From assembly GCF_003334335.1 (NCBI RefSeq), contig NZ_QOWQ01000002.1: 64,000 bases of DNA, one strand, 5' to 3'. The notes beneath the pieces are model-generated. The model was given only the letters and a program-made list of their open reading frames with translations, did no database searches and had not been told where the DNA came from. The translations under genes were made by a program, and so were the position numbers. The stretch comes from Escherichia coli. Lineage in GTDB: Bacteria; Pseudomonadota; Gammaproteobacteria; Enterobacterales; Enterobacteriaceae. Positions 28,075 through 41,684 of the stretch are shown here, in pieces (the stretch's first letter is position 1; every line of letters begins with the position of its first letter).

Positions 28075-30747
28075 CTACAGCAAGCTCTTGACATAACTGT
28101 CAATGTCGCTGATGTATTTTTCTATTCCTGGAACATCCTTCTCACGAATCAGATGTTCCAGCGTTTCACATAACTGCTTGCCGGGTACCAGATTTAGCAT
28201 GGCAAATACGCCTTTAAGACGATGAGCCGTTTGGGCTAACGCAGCAAAGTCACTGGTTGCTGCTTCAGTATACAGCCTCTTAACATCATCCGGTACTGTG
28301 TCTACAAAGAGCGCATAATAGCCGCTGGCATGGAGTTGCGCATTTTCATCTCCGCCCAGAGGCGATTCTGTCACCTCTTCCTGCGCCAGTTGCACTTCAA
28401 TTAATTGTAAGACCGCTTCCTGCATAGCGTTGCTCATATTGAAGTTGACGCACAATTGACCAGGCCCAATTTCCCGTACGCCAGACTCATCATCGCTTAA
28501 AAGCAAGCCAGAGGCAGTAAGATTAGACGGATTATCCGTTAAAAAGATATCATAATCTTGACTAATTAATCTTTCATCGGGTGTGATACAGGTTGCACCC
28601 CAATTTTCTAACTGGCGAGTGACAATATTCCGAATTTCTGCCGAAGTAACATCCACCATTACGCAGACATCATCCAGTAAACGCTCTTCTTCCTCTTCAA
28701 CTTCCGGGTCAGCTGCGAGCATTTTGATATGCACAGAGTAGCGTGTACCAAGCCCATCCCGCGTTTTGATGTTTAAATGACCGCCCAGTTTACGTGCCAG
28801 TTGATCGCTCAGCCAGAATGCCAGCGGGTCCGCCTTGCCATAGCGATCGTTTTGGGTCTGGTTGATAAACGGGAAGTGCAAATTATCCATTTCATGAATA
28901 CTTACGCCTTCTCCCGTGTCCAGAATGCGGAACGTCAGGCGGTCTTCGGAGGACTCATCCTGATCAACCTCAAGGGTGATTTTTCCCAATTGCGTTGAGG
29001 TCACGGCATATTGCATCAGTAGCAGCAAAATACGTCGTAAGGCATCGCGATCGCCGCGGCGCATATCGTGTGCTTTCAGATGATTGTTAATCAGCAGTTG
29101 CAGACCTTTACGCTTGATGGCAGGCAACACTGAAGGCACAACTTCATCAATTAAATCCTGCACGGAGAACAGCACCGTCTCACTTTTCCAGCTATCATCC
29201 GCAAGCATGTTCGCTAACTGTATTTCATCAACCAGCCGCACCAGCACATCTGCCTGATTCGCCAGTTGTTTGCTTTCCGGGGCGTTGAGTTTAGCCGCGC
29301 TCTCCGCCAGGGACTGTGCGGGTTCTTTCAGCGCATCGCCAATGTTTTTCATAAAGATCATCCGCCCCTGCTGGTTTTTCTCATACAGACGCTGCGCCTG
29401 CTTGAGTTTCTTGTTTACCAGCACTTCGCGATCCTGATCGCGAATAATGAAAATTTGTGTGCGCGGCGCGACCTGGCTGCGGAACATGCGGATCTCATAC
29501 AGCTCGTTATTGATCGTCGCCTGAATAATCCCCTGATGCTGTTCCGCCATGGTGGTGATGTTTTGCAGATTCAAATGCGGCAGCAAATGATCGGCAATTT
29601 TGTTACTTATGACAGTGCGGTTCGATTCCTGATCGTGAACCAGCAGGCCGAGCGGCAGCAGTGAGACTATCTCTTCATTGATTGCCCGTAAAATGCGCAA
29701 TTCGTTATTGACCGCCGTGCTGGGGACGTTTTCTGTACTGCGGCTGGAGAAATGGCGGAATGTGGTATAGCCAAATAACGCCAGCGCCAGCAAACCGATG
29801 TTCAGCAGCAGTGGCAGCAGAATGTTTTGCAACGTATCCAGCAATAAGGTGCCATAAGGAACCTGCCAGACCAGGCGCATATCGGTAGAGTTGAGTGCCG
29901 AGGAGATTTCAATCTTCGTACTGTTAAAGTGGATACTGACGCTATCCGTCCCTTCTTTCTCATTATCATTGTTTCCCGTTGCCGTCGCGTCTGGCTCAAG
30001 GCGGAAACTGTCCAGCGGCATACCCGGTGGGATCAAATCATTAATCGGCAGATCAAAAGCCACGACCGTTGCCAGATGTCCTGGCTGGTTAAAGGTAGTA
30101 CGCAATGTAAAGTAATGACCGTTCTGCCAGGCCAGGCGGCGCATGTTAGAAAAGCTTTCGCGTTCATCGAGGGCGTTGGCCTGTTGCAACATCTCTGCAC
30201 GACGTGAATCAACAATGTCGCTGACGGTCGATTCTTTAAATCCGGAGGTGAGATCTTTAAGGGGTAGGGTTGAGATCAGCACCAGACTGTTATCCTGACC
30301 ATTCAGGTAATACATCGACCACGGTACATTTTCTGCGCCCCACAATGTATCCAGATAAGTGGACATCCGCTGAGTCATCTCAAGCGTTGAGTTGTCGTGA
30401 GAGCCAAAGATTAACGCTTCCGTTTTGCGGCGTGGTTTCTCCAGATAGTAGACATCCTGTTTCAGGCGCGTCTCTTGTAAACCTTCGCCGGAGGAGGGGG
30501 AGGTCGTCGCGGCAATGTTGTCGTAGATCTGCCAGGTCACGTAACGCCAGTTATCGACGCGCTTTTGGATAGCATGGGTAATGTCGACAATCTGGTAACT
30601 TTTATCTTTCAGCCAGGCGTTAACGGCGCTTTGTACCATTACACCCATCGTCACCAGTAACACAATGATCAACAGTAAAAAGAAGCGGGTAATGCTCCCC
30701 GGTAGGAGTGAAAAGCGGGTCGTGGCCGTTGTCTCTTTCTGACGCAT
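28075..30747 (-). CDS. rcsD: Phosphotransfer protein RcsD, 890 aa
   Basis: Full ORF; membrane-anchored N-terminus and C-terminal HPt domain; synteny with rcsB. Confidence 0.92.
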   Translation of the reverse strand: MRQKETTATTRFSLLPGSITRFFLLLIIVLLVTMGVMVQSAVNAWLKDKSYQIVDITHAIQKRVDNWRYVTWQIYDNIAATTSPSSGEGLQETRLKQDVYYLEKPRRKTEALIFGSHDNSTLEMTQRMSTYLDTLWGAENVPWSMYYLNGQDNSLVLISTLPLKDLTSGFKESTVSDIVDSRRAEMLQQANALDERESFSNMRRLAWQNGHYFTLRTTFNQPGHLATVVAFDLPINDLIPPGMPLDSFRLEPDATATGNNDNEKEGTDSVSIHFNSTKIEISSALNSTDMRLVWQVPYGTLLLDTLQNILLPLLLNIGLLALALFGYTTFRHFSSRSTENVPSTAVNNELRILRAINEEIVSLLPLGLLVHDQESNRTVISNKIADHLLPHLNLQNITTMAEQHQGIIQATINNELYEIRMFRSQVAPRTQIFIIRDQDREVLVNKKLKQAQRLYEKNQQGRMIFMKNIGDALKEPAQSLAESAAKLNAPESKQLANQADVLVRLVDEIQLANMLADDSWKSETVLFSVQDLIDEVVPSVLPAIKRKGLQLLINNHLKAHDMRRGDRDALRRILLLLMQYAVTSTQLGKITLEVDQDESSEDRLTFRILDTGEGVSIHEMDNLHFPFINQTQNDRYGKADPLAFWLSDQLARKLGGHLNIKTRDGLGTRYSVHIKMLAADPEVEEEEERLLDDVCVMVDVTSAEIRNIVTRQLENWGATCITPDERLISQDYDIFLTDNPSNLTASGLLLSDDESGVREIGPGQLCVNFNMSNAMQEAVLQLIEVQLAQEEVTESPLGGDENAQLHASGYYALFVDTVPDDVKRLYTEAATSDFAALAQTAHRLKGVFAMLNLVPGKQLCETLEHLIREKDVPGIEKYISDIDSYVKSLL

Positions 30748-31058
30748 TCGTGTTTATGACCTGTTAAAACTTCGCGAAGTGATAGGGCAGTATAAAGGGT
30801 ACAGTGTGAAATTCCAGACTCTTACCTGATTGATGATTCTCTATTCTCCCGTGATATTTATCATCCTGCATTGGGGGAAATAGATGTACAAGCGCCATTT
30901 TGCTGTACAAATAACCTACAAAAAGCCCAACAAAAATAATTGCAAATAAACAAAGATTGCTGGAAATTATGCGGATGTTAATTATTTGTGAAATAGTTAA
31001 CAAGCGTTATAGTTTTTCTGTGGTAGCACAGAATAATGAAAAGTGTGTAAAGAAGGGT

Positions 31059-31151
31059 AAAAAAAACCGAATGCGAGGCATCCGGTTGAAATAGGGGTAA
31101 ACAGACATTCAGAAATGAATGACGGTAATAAATAAAGTTAATGATGATAGC
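31059..31151 (-). ncRNA. micF: micF antisense sRNA (93 nt) with terminator hairpin and U8 tail
   Basis: Reverse complement matches the known MicF sequence GCTATCATCATTAACTTTATTT...CGCATTCGGTTTTTTTT; divergent from ompC. Confidence 0.93.
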
Positions 31152-31296
31152 GGGAGTTATTCTAGTTGCGAGTGAAGGTTTTGTTTTGACATTCAGTGCT
31201 GTCAAATACTTAAGAATAAGTTATTGATTTTAACCTTGAATTATTATTGCTTGATGTTAGGTGCTTATTTCGCCATTCCGCAATAATCTTAAAAAG

Positions 31297-31400
31297 TTCC
31301 CTTGCATTTACATTTTGAAACATCTATAGCGATAAATGAAACATCTTAAAAGTTTTAGTATCATATTCGTGTTGGATTATTCTGCATTTTTGGGGAGAAT
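31297..31400 (+). promoter_or_regulatory. ompC promoter region with tandem OmpR boxes
   Basis: tttacattttgaaacatcta followed by further GAAACAT-containing boxes; exact TSS not determinable from sequence. Confidence 0.75.
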
Positions 31401-31470
31401 GGACTTGCCGACTGATTAATGAGGGTTAATCAGTATGCAGTGGCATAAAAAAGCAAATAAAGGCATATAA

Positions 31471-32589
<1,119 letters not shown>

Positions 32590-32607
32590 TCTCGATTGAT
32601 ATCGAAC

Positions 32608-32630
32608 AAAGGGCCTGCGGGCCCTTTTTT
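32608..32630 (+). terminator. ompC rho-independent terminator
   Basis: gggcctgcgggccc followed by tttttt. Confidence 0.85.
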
Positions 32631-32700
32631 CATTGTTTTCAGCGTACAAACTCAGTTTTTTGGTGTACTCTTGCGACCGTTCGCATGAGGATAATCACGT

Positions 32701-33756
32701 ATGGAAATAAGCTTTACCCGCGTGGCACTGCTGGCTGCCGCGCTCTTCTTTGTTGGTTGCGATCAAAAACCACAACCCGCCAAAACCCACGCTACTGAAG
32801 TTACCGTTCTTGAAGGCAAAACTATGGGTACCTTCTGGCGTGCCAGCATCCCGGGCATTGACGCCAAACGCAGCGCCGAACTTAAAGAAAAGATTCAGAC
32901 CCAACTGGACGCCGACGATCAGCTGCTTTCGACCTATAAAAAAGATTCCGCGCTGATGCGCTTTAACGACTCGCAAAGTTTATCGCCGTGGCCGGTAAGT
33001 GAAGCGATGGCCGATATCGTCACCACCTCGCTGCGCATTGGCGCGAAGACCGATGGCGCGATGGATATAACCGTCGGGCCGCTGGTGAATCTGTGGGGCT
33101 TTGGCCCGGAACAACAGCCGGTTCAAATTCCGAGCCAGGAACAGATCGATGCGATGAAAGCCAAAACCGGCTTACAGCACCTGACGGTCATCAATCAGTC
33201 GCATCAGCAATATCTGCAAAAAGACCTGCCGGATTTATATGTCGATCTCTCCACCGTCGGCGAAGGCTATGCGGCCGATCATTTGGCACGCTTGATGGAG
33301 CAGGAAGGGATTTCCCGCTATCTGGTGTCGGTGGGCGGCGCGCTGAACAGCCGTGGTATGAACGGTGAAGGCCTGCCGTGGCGGGTAGCGATTCAAAAAC
33401 CAACCGATAAAGAAAACGCGGTTCAGGCTGTGGTGGATATCAACGGTCATGGGATTAGCACCTCTGGCAGCTACCGTAACTATTACGAACTGGACGGCAA
33501 ACGTCTTTCCCATGTTATCGATCCGCAAACCGGGCGTCCCATCGAACACAATCTGGTATCCGTGACGGTGATTGCTCCGACGGCGCTGGAAGCCGATGCC
33601 TGGGATACTGGCTTGATGGTACTCGGGCCGGAGAAAGCTAAAGAGGTTGTTCGCCGGGAAGGGCTGGCGGTTTATATGATCACCAAAGAAGGCGATAGCT
33701 TTAAAACCTGGATGTCACCACAGTTTAAAAGCTTCCTTGTCAGCGAAAAAAATTAA
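32701..33756 (+). CDS. apbE: FAD:protein FMN transferase (lipoprotein), 351 aa
   Basis: Full ORF; lipobox FFVGC. Confidence 0.92.
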   Translation: MEISFTRVALLAAALFFVGCDQKPQPAKTHATEVTVLEGKTMGTFWRASIPGIDAKRSAELKEKIQTQLDADDQLLSTYKKDSALMRFNDSQSLSPWPVSEAMADIVTTSLRIGAKTDGAMDITVGPLVNLWGFGPEQQPVQIPSQEQIDAMKAKTGLQHLTVINQSHQQYLQKDLPDLYVDLSTVGEGYAADHLARLMEQEGISRYLVSVGGALNSRGMNGEGLPWRVAIQKPTDKENAVQAVVDINGHGISTSGSYRNYYELDGKRLSHVIDPQTGRPIEHNLVSVTVIAPTALEADAWDTGLMVLGPEKAKEVVRREGLAVYMITKEGDSFKTWMSPQFKSFLVSEKN

Positions 33757-33762
33757 AGCGCA
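33755..33762 (+). promoter_or_regulatory. Ada box (AAAGCGCA) of the ada-alkB promoter
   Basis: aaagcgca overlapping the apbE TAA stop, about 70 bp upstream of the ada ATG. Confidence 0.6.
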
Positions 33763-33829
33763 AGATTGTTGGTTTTTGCGTGATGGTGACCGGGCAGCCT
33801 AAAGGCTATCCTTAACCAGGGAGCTGATT

Positions 33830-34894
33830 ATGAAAAAAGCCACATGCTTAACTGACGATCAACGCTGGCAATCTGTCTTAGCCCGCGACCCGAATGCCGA
33901 CGGCGAATTCGTTTTCGCCGTGCGTACCACAGGCATCTTTTGCCGTCCGTCTTGCCGCGCCAGACATGCTTTGCGGGAAAACGTCTCCTTCTACGCAAAT
34001 GCCAGCGAGGCACTCGCCGCTGGCTTTCGCCCCTGCAAACGTTGTCAGCCAGAAAAAGCCAATGCCCAGCAACATCGGTTGGATAAAATCACCCACGCGT
34101 GTCGACTGCTGGAACAGGAAACGCCTGTAACGCTGGAAGCCTTAGCCGACCAGGTGGCGATGAGTCCATTTCATCTACATCGGTTGTTTAAAGCGACTAC
34201 CGGAATGACGCCTAAAGCCTGGCAACAGGCCTGGCGCGCTCGCCGTTTGCGCGAATCGCTGGCGAAAGGGGAGAGCGTGACGACGTCTATTCTTAACGCC
34301 GGATTCCCCGACAGCAGCAGTTACTATCGCAAAGCTGACGAAACGCTGGGCATGACGGCTAAACAATTCCGTCACGGTGGCGAAAATCTGGCGGTGCGTT
34401 ACGCGCTGGCTGATTGTGAGCTGGGTCGTTGCCTGGTGGCAGAAAGCGAGCGGGGGATTTGCGCGATATTGCTGGGCGATGATGACGCGACACTAATCAG
34501 CGAGTTGCAGCAGATGTTTCCCGCTGCCGACAACGCGCCTGCCGATCTGATGTTTCAGCAACATGTGCGTGAAGTGATCGCCAGCCTCAATCAACGCGAT
34601 ACGCCGCTGACGTTACCGCTGGACATTCGCGGCACTGCTTTTCAGCAACAAGTCTGGCAGGCACTGCGCACGATACCTTGCGGTGAAACCGTCAGTTATC
34701 AGCAACTGGCTAACGCCATCGGCAAACCGAAAGCGGTACGGGCCGTTGCCAGCGCCTGTGCCGCCAACAAGCTGGCTATCATAATACCCTGTCATCGGGT
34801 GGTCCGTGGTGATGGCACACTTTCCGGTTACCGCTGGGGCGTGTCGCGTAAAGCGCAACTGCTGCGCCGCGAAGCTGAAAATGAGGAGAGGTAA
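33830..34894 (+). CDS. ada: Bifunctional Ada regulator / O6-methylguanine-DNA methyltransferase, 354 aa
   Basis: Full ORF; zinc-Cys cluster at N-terminus and C-terminal PCHRV active site. Confidence 0.95.
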   Translation: MKKATCLTDDQRWQSVLARDPNADGEFVFAVRTTGIFCRPSCRARHALRENVSFYANASEALAAGFRPCKRCQPEKANAQQHRLDKITHACRLLEQETPVTLEALADQVAMSPFHLHRLFKATTGMTPKAWQQAWRARRLRESLAKGESVTTSILNAGFPDSSSYYRKADETLGMTAKQFRHGGENLAVRYALADCELGRCLVAESERGICAILLGDDDATLISELQQMFPAADNAPADLMFQQHVREVIASLNQRDTPLTLPLDIRGTAFQQQVWQALRTIPCGETVSYQQLANAIGKPKAVRAVASACAANKLAIIIPCHRVVRGDGTLSGYRWGVSRKAQLLRREAENEER

Positions 34895-35544
34895 TGTTGG
34901 ATCTGTTTGCCGATGCTGAACCGTGGCAAGAGCCACTGGCGGCTGGTGCGGTAATTTTACGGCGTTTTGCTTTTAACGCTGCGGAGCAACTGATCCGCGA
35001 TATTAATGACGTTGCCAGCCAGTCGCCGTTTCGCCAGATGGTCACCCCCGGGGGATATACCATGTCGGTGGCGATGACCAACTGTGGGCATCTGGGCTGG
35101 ACGACCCATCGGCAAGGTTATCTCTATTCGCCCATTGATCCGCAAACAAATAAACCGTGGCCCGCCATGCCACAGAGTTTTCATAATTTATGTCAACGTG
35201 CGGCTACGGCGGCGGGCTATCCAGATTTCCAGCCAGATGCTTGTCTTATCAACCGCTACGCTCCTGGCGCGAAACTGTCGCTGCATCAGGATAAAGACGA
35301 ACCGGATCTGCGCGCGCCAATTGTTTCTGTTTCTCTGGGCTTACCCGCGATTTTTCAATTTGGCGGCCTGAAACGAAATGATCCGCTCAAACGTTTGTTG
35401 TTGGAACATGGCGATGTGGTGGTATGGGGCGGTGAATCGCGGCTGTTTTATCACGGTATTCAACCGTTGAAAGCGGGGTTTCATCCACTCACCATCGACT
35501 GCCGCTACAACCTGACATTCCGTCAGGCAGGTAAAAAAGAATAA
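34894..35544 (+). CDS. alkB: Fe(II)/2-oxoglutarate-dependent DNA dealkylation dioxygenase, 216 aa
   Basis: Full ORF; start overlaps the ada stop (taATG). Confidence 0.95.
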   Translation: MLDLFADAEPWQEPLAAGAVILRRFAFNAAEQLIRDINDVASQSPFRQMVTPGGYTMSVAMTNCGHLGWTTHRQGYLYSPIDPQTNKPWPAMPQSFHNLCQRAATAAGYPDFQPDACLINRYAPGAKLSLHQDKDEPDLRAPIVSVSLGLPAIFQFGGLKRNDPLKRLLLEHGDVVVWGGESRLFYHGIQPLKAGFHPLTIDCRYNLTFRQAGKKE

Positions 35545-35619
35545 AAATAAGAATTATTATTGCTGTGCGCGCGAAGATGTTTAAACTGCGGGCTGTAATT
35601 CATTGTCCGGGTTTTCTGC

Positions 35620-37263
35620 ATGGAACTTCTTGTACTTGTCTGGCGGCAGTATCGCTGGCCATTTATCAGTGTGATGGCGCTAAGCCTCGCCAGTGCGGCA
35701 TTAGGCATTGGCTTAATTGCTTTTATCAATCAGCGCCTTATCGAAACGGCGGATACCAGTCTGCTGGTGTTGCCGGAGTTTCTGGGATTATTGCTGCTGT
35801 TGATGGCAGTCACTCTCGGATCGCAACTGGCGCTCACCACTTTGGGGCATCACTTCGTTTACCGACTGCGTAGTGAATTTATCAAGCGGATTCTGGATAC
35901 TCACGTCGAGCGCATTGAACAACTCGGTAGCGCCTCGTTGCTGGCGGGGTTAACCAGCGATGTGCGCAATATCACCATTGCTTTTGTGCGTCTGCCGGAA
36001 CTGGTGCAGGGGATCATTCTCACTATCGGTTCAGCGGCGTATCTGTGGATGCTGTCGGGCAAAATGTTGCTGGTAACGGCTATCTGGATGGCGATCACCA
36101 TCTGGGGCGGTTTTGTGCTGGTGGCGCGGGTGTACAAACATATGGCGACCCTGCGTGAAACCGAAGACAAGCTGTACACGGATTTTCAAACTGTACTTGA
36201 AGGGCGCAAAGAGCTGACTCTGAACCGGGAACGCGCCGAGTATGTGTTTAACAACCTCTACATTCCTGATGCGCAAGAGTATCGCCACCATATTATTCGC
36301 GCAGACACCTTCCATCTTAGTGCCGTGAACTGGTCAAACATCATGATGCTGGGCGCAATCGGCCTGGTGTTCTGGATGGCGAACAGCCTCGGTTGGGCTG
36401 ATACCAACGTTGCCGCGACCTATTCGTTGACGCTTTTATTCCTGCGTACGCCGCTGCTTTCGGCGGTTGGCGCATTGCCGACGCTGCTGACGGCGCAGGT
36501 GGCGTTTAACAAGCTGAACAAATTCGCGCTCGCGCCTTTCAAAGCAGAGTTTCCGCGCCCGCAGGCGTTTCCCAACTGGCAAACGCTGGAGCTGCGTAAC
36601 GTGACGTTTGCTTATCAGGATAACGCGTTTTCCGTTGGTCCGATTAATCTCACCATCAAACGTGGCGAGCTGCTGTTTCTGATTGGCGGCAACGGTAGCG
36701 GAAAATCGACGCTGGCGATGTTGTTGACGGGCTTGTATCAGCCACAAAGCGGCGAAATCTTGCTGGATGGCAAACCTGTCAGCGGCGAACAACCGGAAGA
36801 TTATCGCAAACTGTTTTCGGCAGTGTTTACCGATGTCTGGCTGTTTGATCAACTGCTGGGGCCGGAGGGTAAACCCGCTAACCCGCAACTGGTTGAGAAG
36901 TGGCTGGCGCAGCTGAAAATGGCTCATAAGCTTGAGTTAAGCAACGGGCGTATTGTTAACCTGAAGTTATCAAAAGGGCAGAAAAAACGCGTGGCGCTGT
37001 TGCTGGCGCTGGCAGAAGAACGCGATATTATCCTGCTGGATGAATGGGCGGCGGATCAGGATCCACACTTCCGTCGTGAGTTTTATCAGGTGTTGCTGCC
37101 GCTGATGCAGGAGATGGGTAAAACTATTTTCGCTATCAGTCATGATGATCATTACTTTATCCACGCCGACCGCCTGCTGGAAATGCGCAATGGGCAACTT
37201 AGCGAGCTGACGGGCGAAGAGCGCGATGCCGCTTCGCGTGATGCCGTTGCCCGGACGGCATAA
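35620..37263 (+). CDS. yojI: ABC transporter, fused permease/ATPase (microcin J25 efflux), 547 aa
   Basis: Full ORF; Walker [10 protein letters not shown] and ABC signature. Confidence 0.9.
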
Positions 37264-37468
37264 TATTACGACGCTGACCTGGCGGACTGCTGCCGTCAGG
37301 TCAATATGCTAAAAATCCCTTCATTTCTAATAACCCTATAATTAATCAACGAAATTATAATGTTTCTAAAATTAGAATATAATTTATAAACATTATTTAA
37401 ATGTTGTTACTTAAGTGTTACCGTTGATGCCGCGCAAATCTCACCTGCAATAAAGCGACTAAAAGTAA

Positions 37469-39127
<1,659 letters not shown>

Positions 39128-39129
39128 TG

Positions 39130-40290
39130 ATGCGCCACATCCGGCATGGTATGCCGGATGTGGCGTATGCTGATAAGACGCGCCAGCGTCGCATCAGGCA
39201 ACCGGCTCGGGCGTTAGATGTTGGATGCGGCGTAACCGCCTTATCCAACCTACGGGGTGGAGCACTTCACAGCGGTGTAGGCCTGATAAGACGCGCCAGC
39301 GTCGCATCAGGCAACCGGCTTGGGCGTTAGATGTCGGATGCGGCGTAACCGCCTTATCCGACCTACGGGGTGGAGCACTTCACAGCGGTGTAGGCCTGAT
39401 AAGACGCGCCAGCGTCGCATCAGGCAACCGGCTCGGACGTTGGATGTCGGATGCGGCGTAACCGCCTTATCCAACCTACGGGGTGGAGCACTTCACAGCG
39501 GTGTAGGCCTGATAAGACGCGCCAGCGTCGCATCAGGCAACCGGCTTGGGCGTTAGATGTCGGATGCGGCGTAACCGCCTTATCCGACCTACGGGGTGGA
39601 GCACTTCACAGCGGTGTAGGCCTGATAAGACGCGCCAGCGTCGCATCAGGCAACCGGCTCGGACGTTGGATGTCGGATGCGGCGTAACCGCCTTATCCAA
39701 CCTACGGGGTGGAGCACTTCACAGCGGTGTAGGCCTGATAAGACGCGCCAGCGTCGCATCAGGCAACCGGCTCGGGCGTTGGATGTCGGATGCGGCGTGA
39801 CCGCCTTGTCTGACCTACGGGGTGCCGCACTTCACAGCGGTGTAGGCCTGATAAGACGCGCCAGCGTCGCATCAGGCAACCGGCTCGGGCGTTGGATGTC
39901 GGATGCGGCGTGACCGCCTTGTCTGACCTACGGGGTGCCGCACTTCACAGCGGTGTAGGCCTGATAAGACGCGCCAGCGTCGCATCAGGCAACCGGCTCG
40001 GGCGTTGGATGTCGGATGCGGCGTGACCGCCTTGTCTGACCTACGGGGTGCCGCACTTCACAGCGGTGTAGGCCTGATAAGACGCGCCAGCGTCGCATCA
40101 GGCAACCGGCTCGGGCGTTGGATGTCGGATGCGGCGTGACCGCCTTGTCTGACCTACGGGGTGCCGCACTTCACAGCGGTGTAGGCCTGATAAGACGCGC
40201 CAGCGTCGCATCAGGCAACCGGCTCGGGCGTTGGATGTCGGATGCGGCGTGACCGCCTTGTCTGACCTACGGGGTGCCGCACTTCACGGC
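39130..40290. repeat. Large tandem BIME array: about ten 113-bp units, each with two inverted REPs; three 226-bp double units of alternating variants, then five near-identical 113-bp units
   Basis: Periodicity counted directly (103+123 bp alternation, then 113 bp steps at 39791, 39904, 40017, 40130, 40243); phantom 78-84 aa ORFs in track are repeat artefacts. Confidence 0.9.
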
Positions 40291-40293
40291 AGT

Positions 40294-40782
40294 TTAGCGA
40301 ACTACCGCGTTGTCAATTTTCTCTTCCGCCTTCCAGACGCGGTACTTCACATCTACATTGTCTGGCGTATACACCACGATCGGCAGCTTGCTGTTGTAAC
40401 GCAGCATTCCAGCATCGCCCAGATACGCGGTGACAAATTTCTTCTCTTTCTTGCCATCCGGGCAGGCCATCATCGTTGAAACCGGGGAACTGACTTTATC
40501 AAAGACATAATAATCATAGCCCCAGCCTTCCAGCGTTTTGTTTTCCAGCTTCCCGCCGAGACGATGCAAATTGCAATCGACTTCCAGCGTCTGACCGATT
40601 AACAGTTCTACTTTCAGGGTAGATTCATCTTCTTGCGGGGTTAACTGAATCACCTGACGCTTCATCCCTTTTTCAGCTTGTGGATAAGGCGCGATTTTTT
40701 CCAGTGGCTGGACGCTTTCTGCCGCCCAGGCGGAAGTGGTAGCGAAAGCGGCAAACAATACTGCAGGTAGAATGGTCTTCAT
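40294..40782 (-). CDS. eco: Ecotin, periplasmic serine protease inhibitor, 162 aa
   Basis: Track ORF trimmed to [10 protein letters not shown] start. Confidence 0.93.
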
Positions 40783-41041
40783 TTTTTTGCTTTCCTTCTT
40801 CATTTATAGGTTTTCACCGATGATGTCGCTGAAGGTTAACATATTCATCAGATTTATTAATTTGCTTTATGAATAACTTAAAGAACATTCAGACAATTTT
40901 ACCTGCTCTTTTAGTGTTAAATTCTAATGAGAGAGCAAACCAGCAGAAATATCTCTGGTGAATCAATCGCTATATAAATATATTTATAACCATTTGAAAT
41001 GTGAGCAAAAGCCCGTTTTTGCCACGCTTCCCGCCACTCTT

Positions 41042-41055
41042 TTGATCCTGCTACA
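41042..41055 (+). promoter_or_regulatory. Candidate FNR site in the napF promoter (TTGAT-cctg-CTACA)
   Basis: Perfect left half-site and weak right half-site, centred 20 bp upstream of the NarP site. Confidence 0.55.
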
Positions 41056-41060
41056 GGTTT

Positions 41061-41076
41061 TACCCCGATCGGGGTA
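41061..41076 (+). promoter_or_regulatory. NarP/NarL 7-2-7 heptamer pair (TACCCCG-at-CGGGGTA)
   Basis: Perfect inverted heptamers with 2-bp spacer upstream of napF. Confidence 0.8.
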
Positions 41077-41189
41077 TGCATCTTTGACACATCCTTTAAT
41101 ATCTTAGCGGCTATAAAAATGGCTTATTAATTATGCGGTTTATTTGGTCGCTCTCAATTTTCAGAGCGCGTTAATGATGGAAGGTCAAT

Positions 41190-41684
41190 GTGAAGATTGA
41201 TGCATCCCGTCGGGGCATACTCACTGGTCGCTGGCGCAAAGCCAGTAACGGTATCCGTCCGCCCTGGTCCGGTGATGAATCTCATTTTCTGACCCATTGC
41301 ACCCGCTGCGACGCCTGTATTAATGCTTGTGAAAACAACATTCTGCAACGCGGCGCGGGCGGCTATCCGAGCGTTAATTTCAAAAATAACGAGTGCAGCT
41401 TCTGTTACGCCTGCGCGCAGGCTTGCCCCGAATCGCTATTTTCTCCGCGCCACACCAGGGCCTGGGATTTGCAGTTCACCATCGGGGACGCGTGCCTGGC
41501 GTATCAGTCAGTTGAATGCCGCCGCTGTCAGGATAGCTGTGAGCCAATGGCAATTATCTTTCGCCCGACGCTCTCCGGGATCTACCAGCCGCAACTTAAT
41601 AGCCAACTTTGCAACGGATGTGGAGCATGTGCAGCCAGCTGTCCGGTATCAGCCATAACTGCGGAGTATCTCCATGCACACTAA
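41190..41684 (+). CDS. napF: Ferredoxin-type protein NapF (4Fe-4S clusters), 164 aa; GTG start
   Basis: Full ORF; multiple CxxCxxCxxxCP motifs. Confidence 0.9.
   Translation: MKIDASRRGILTGRWRKASNGIRPPWSGDESHFLTHCTRCDACINACENNILQRGAGGYPSVNFKNNECSFCYACAQACPESLFSPRHTRAWDLQFTIGDACLAYQSVECRRCQDSCEPMAIIFRPTLSGIYQPQLNSQLCNGCGACAASCPVSAITAEYLHAH

Noticed and set aside
37270-37300. Hairpin after yojI (gacctggcggactgctgccgtcaggtc) as an intrinsic terminator
   Set aside because: Imperfect stem and no downstream T-run; too weak to annotate.
39130-40290. Possible CRISPR array given the regular direct repeats
   Set aside because: Units are contiguous 113-bp repeats with no unique spacers, no cas genes and no leader; the sequence matches REP consensus.
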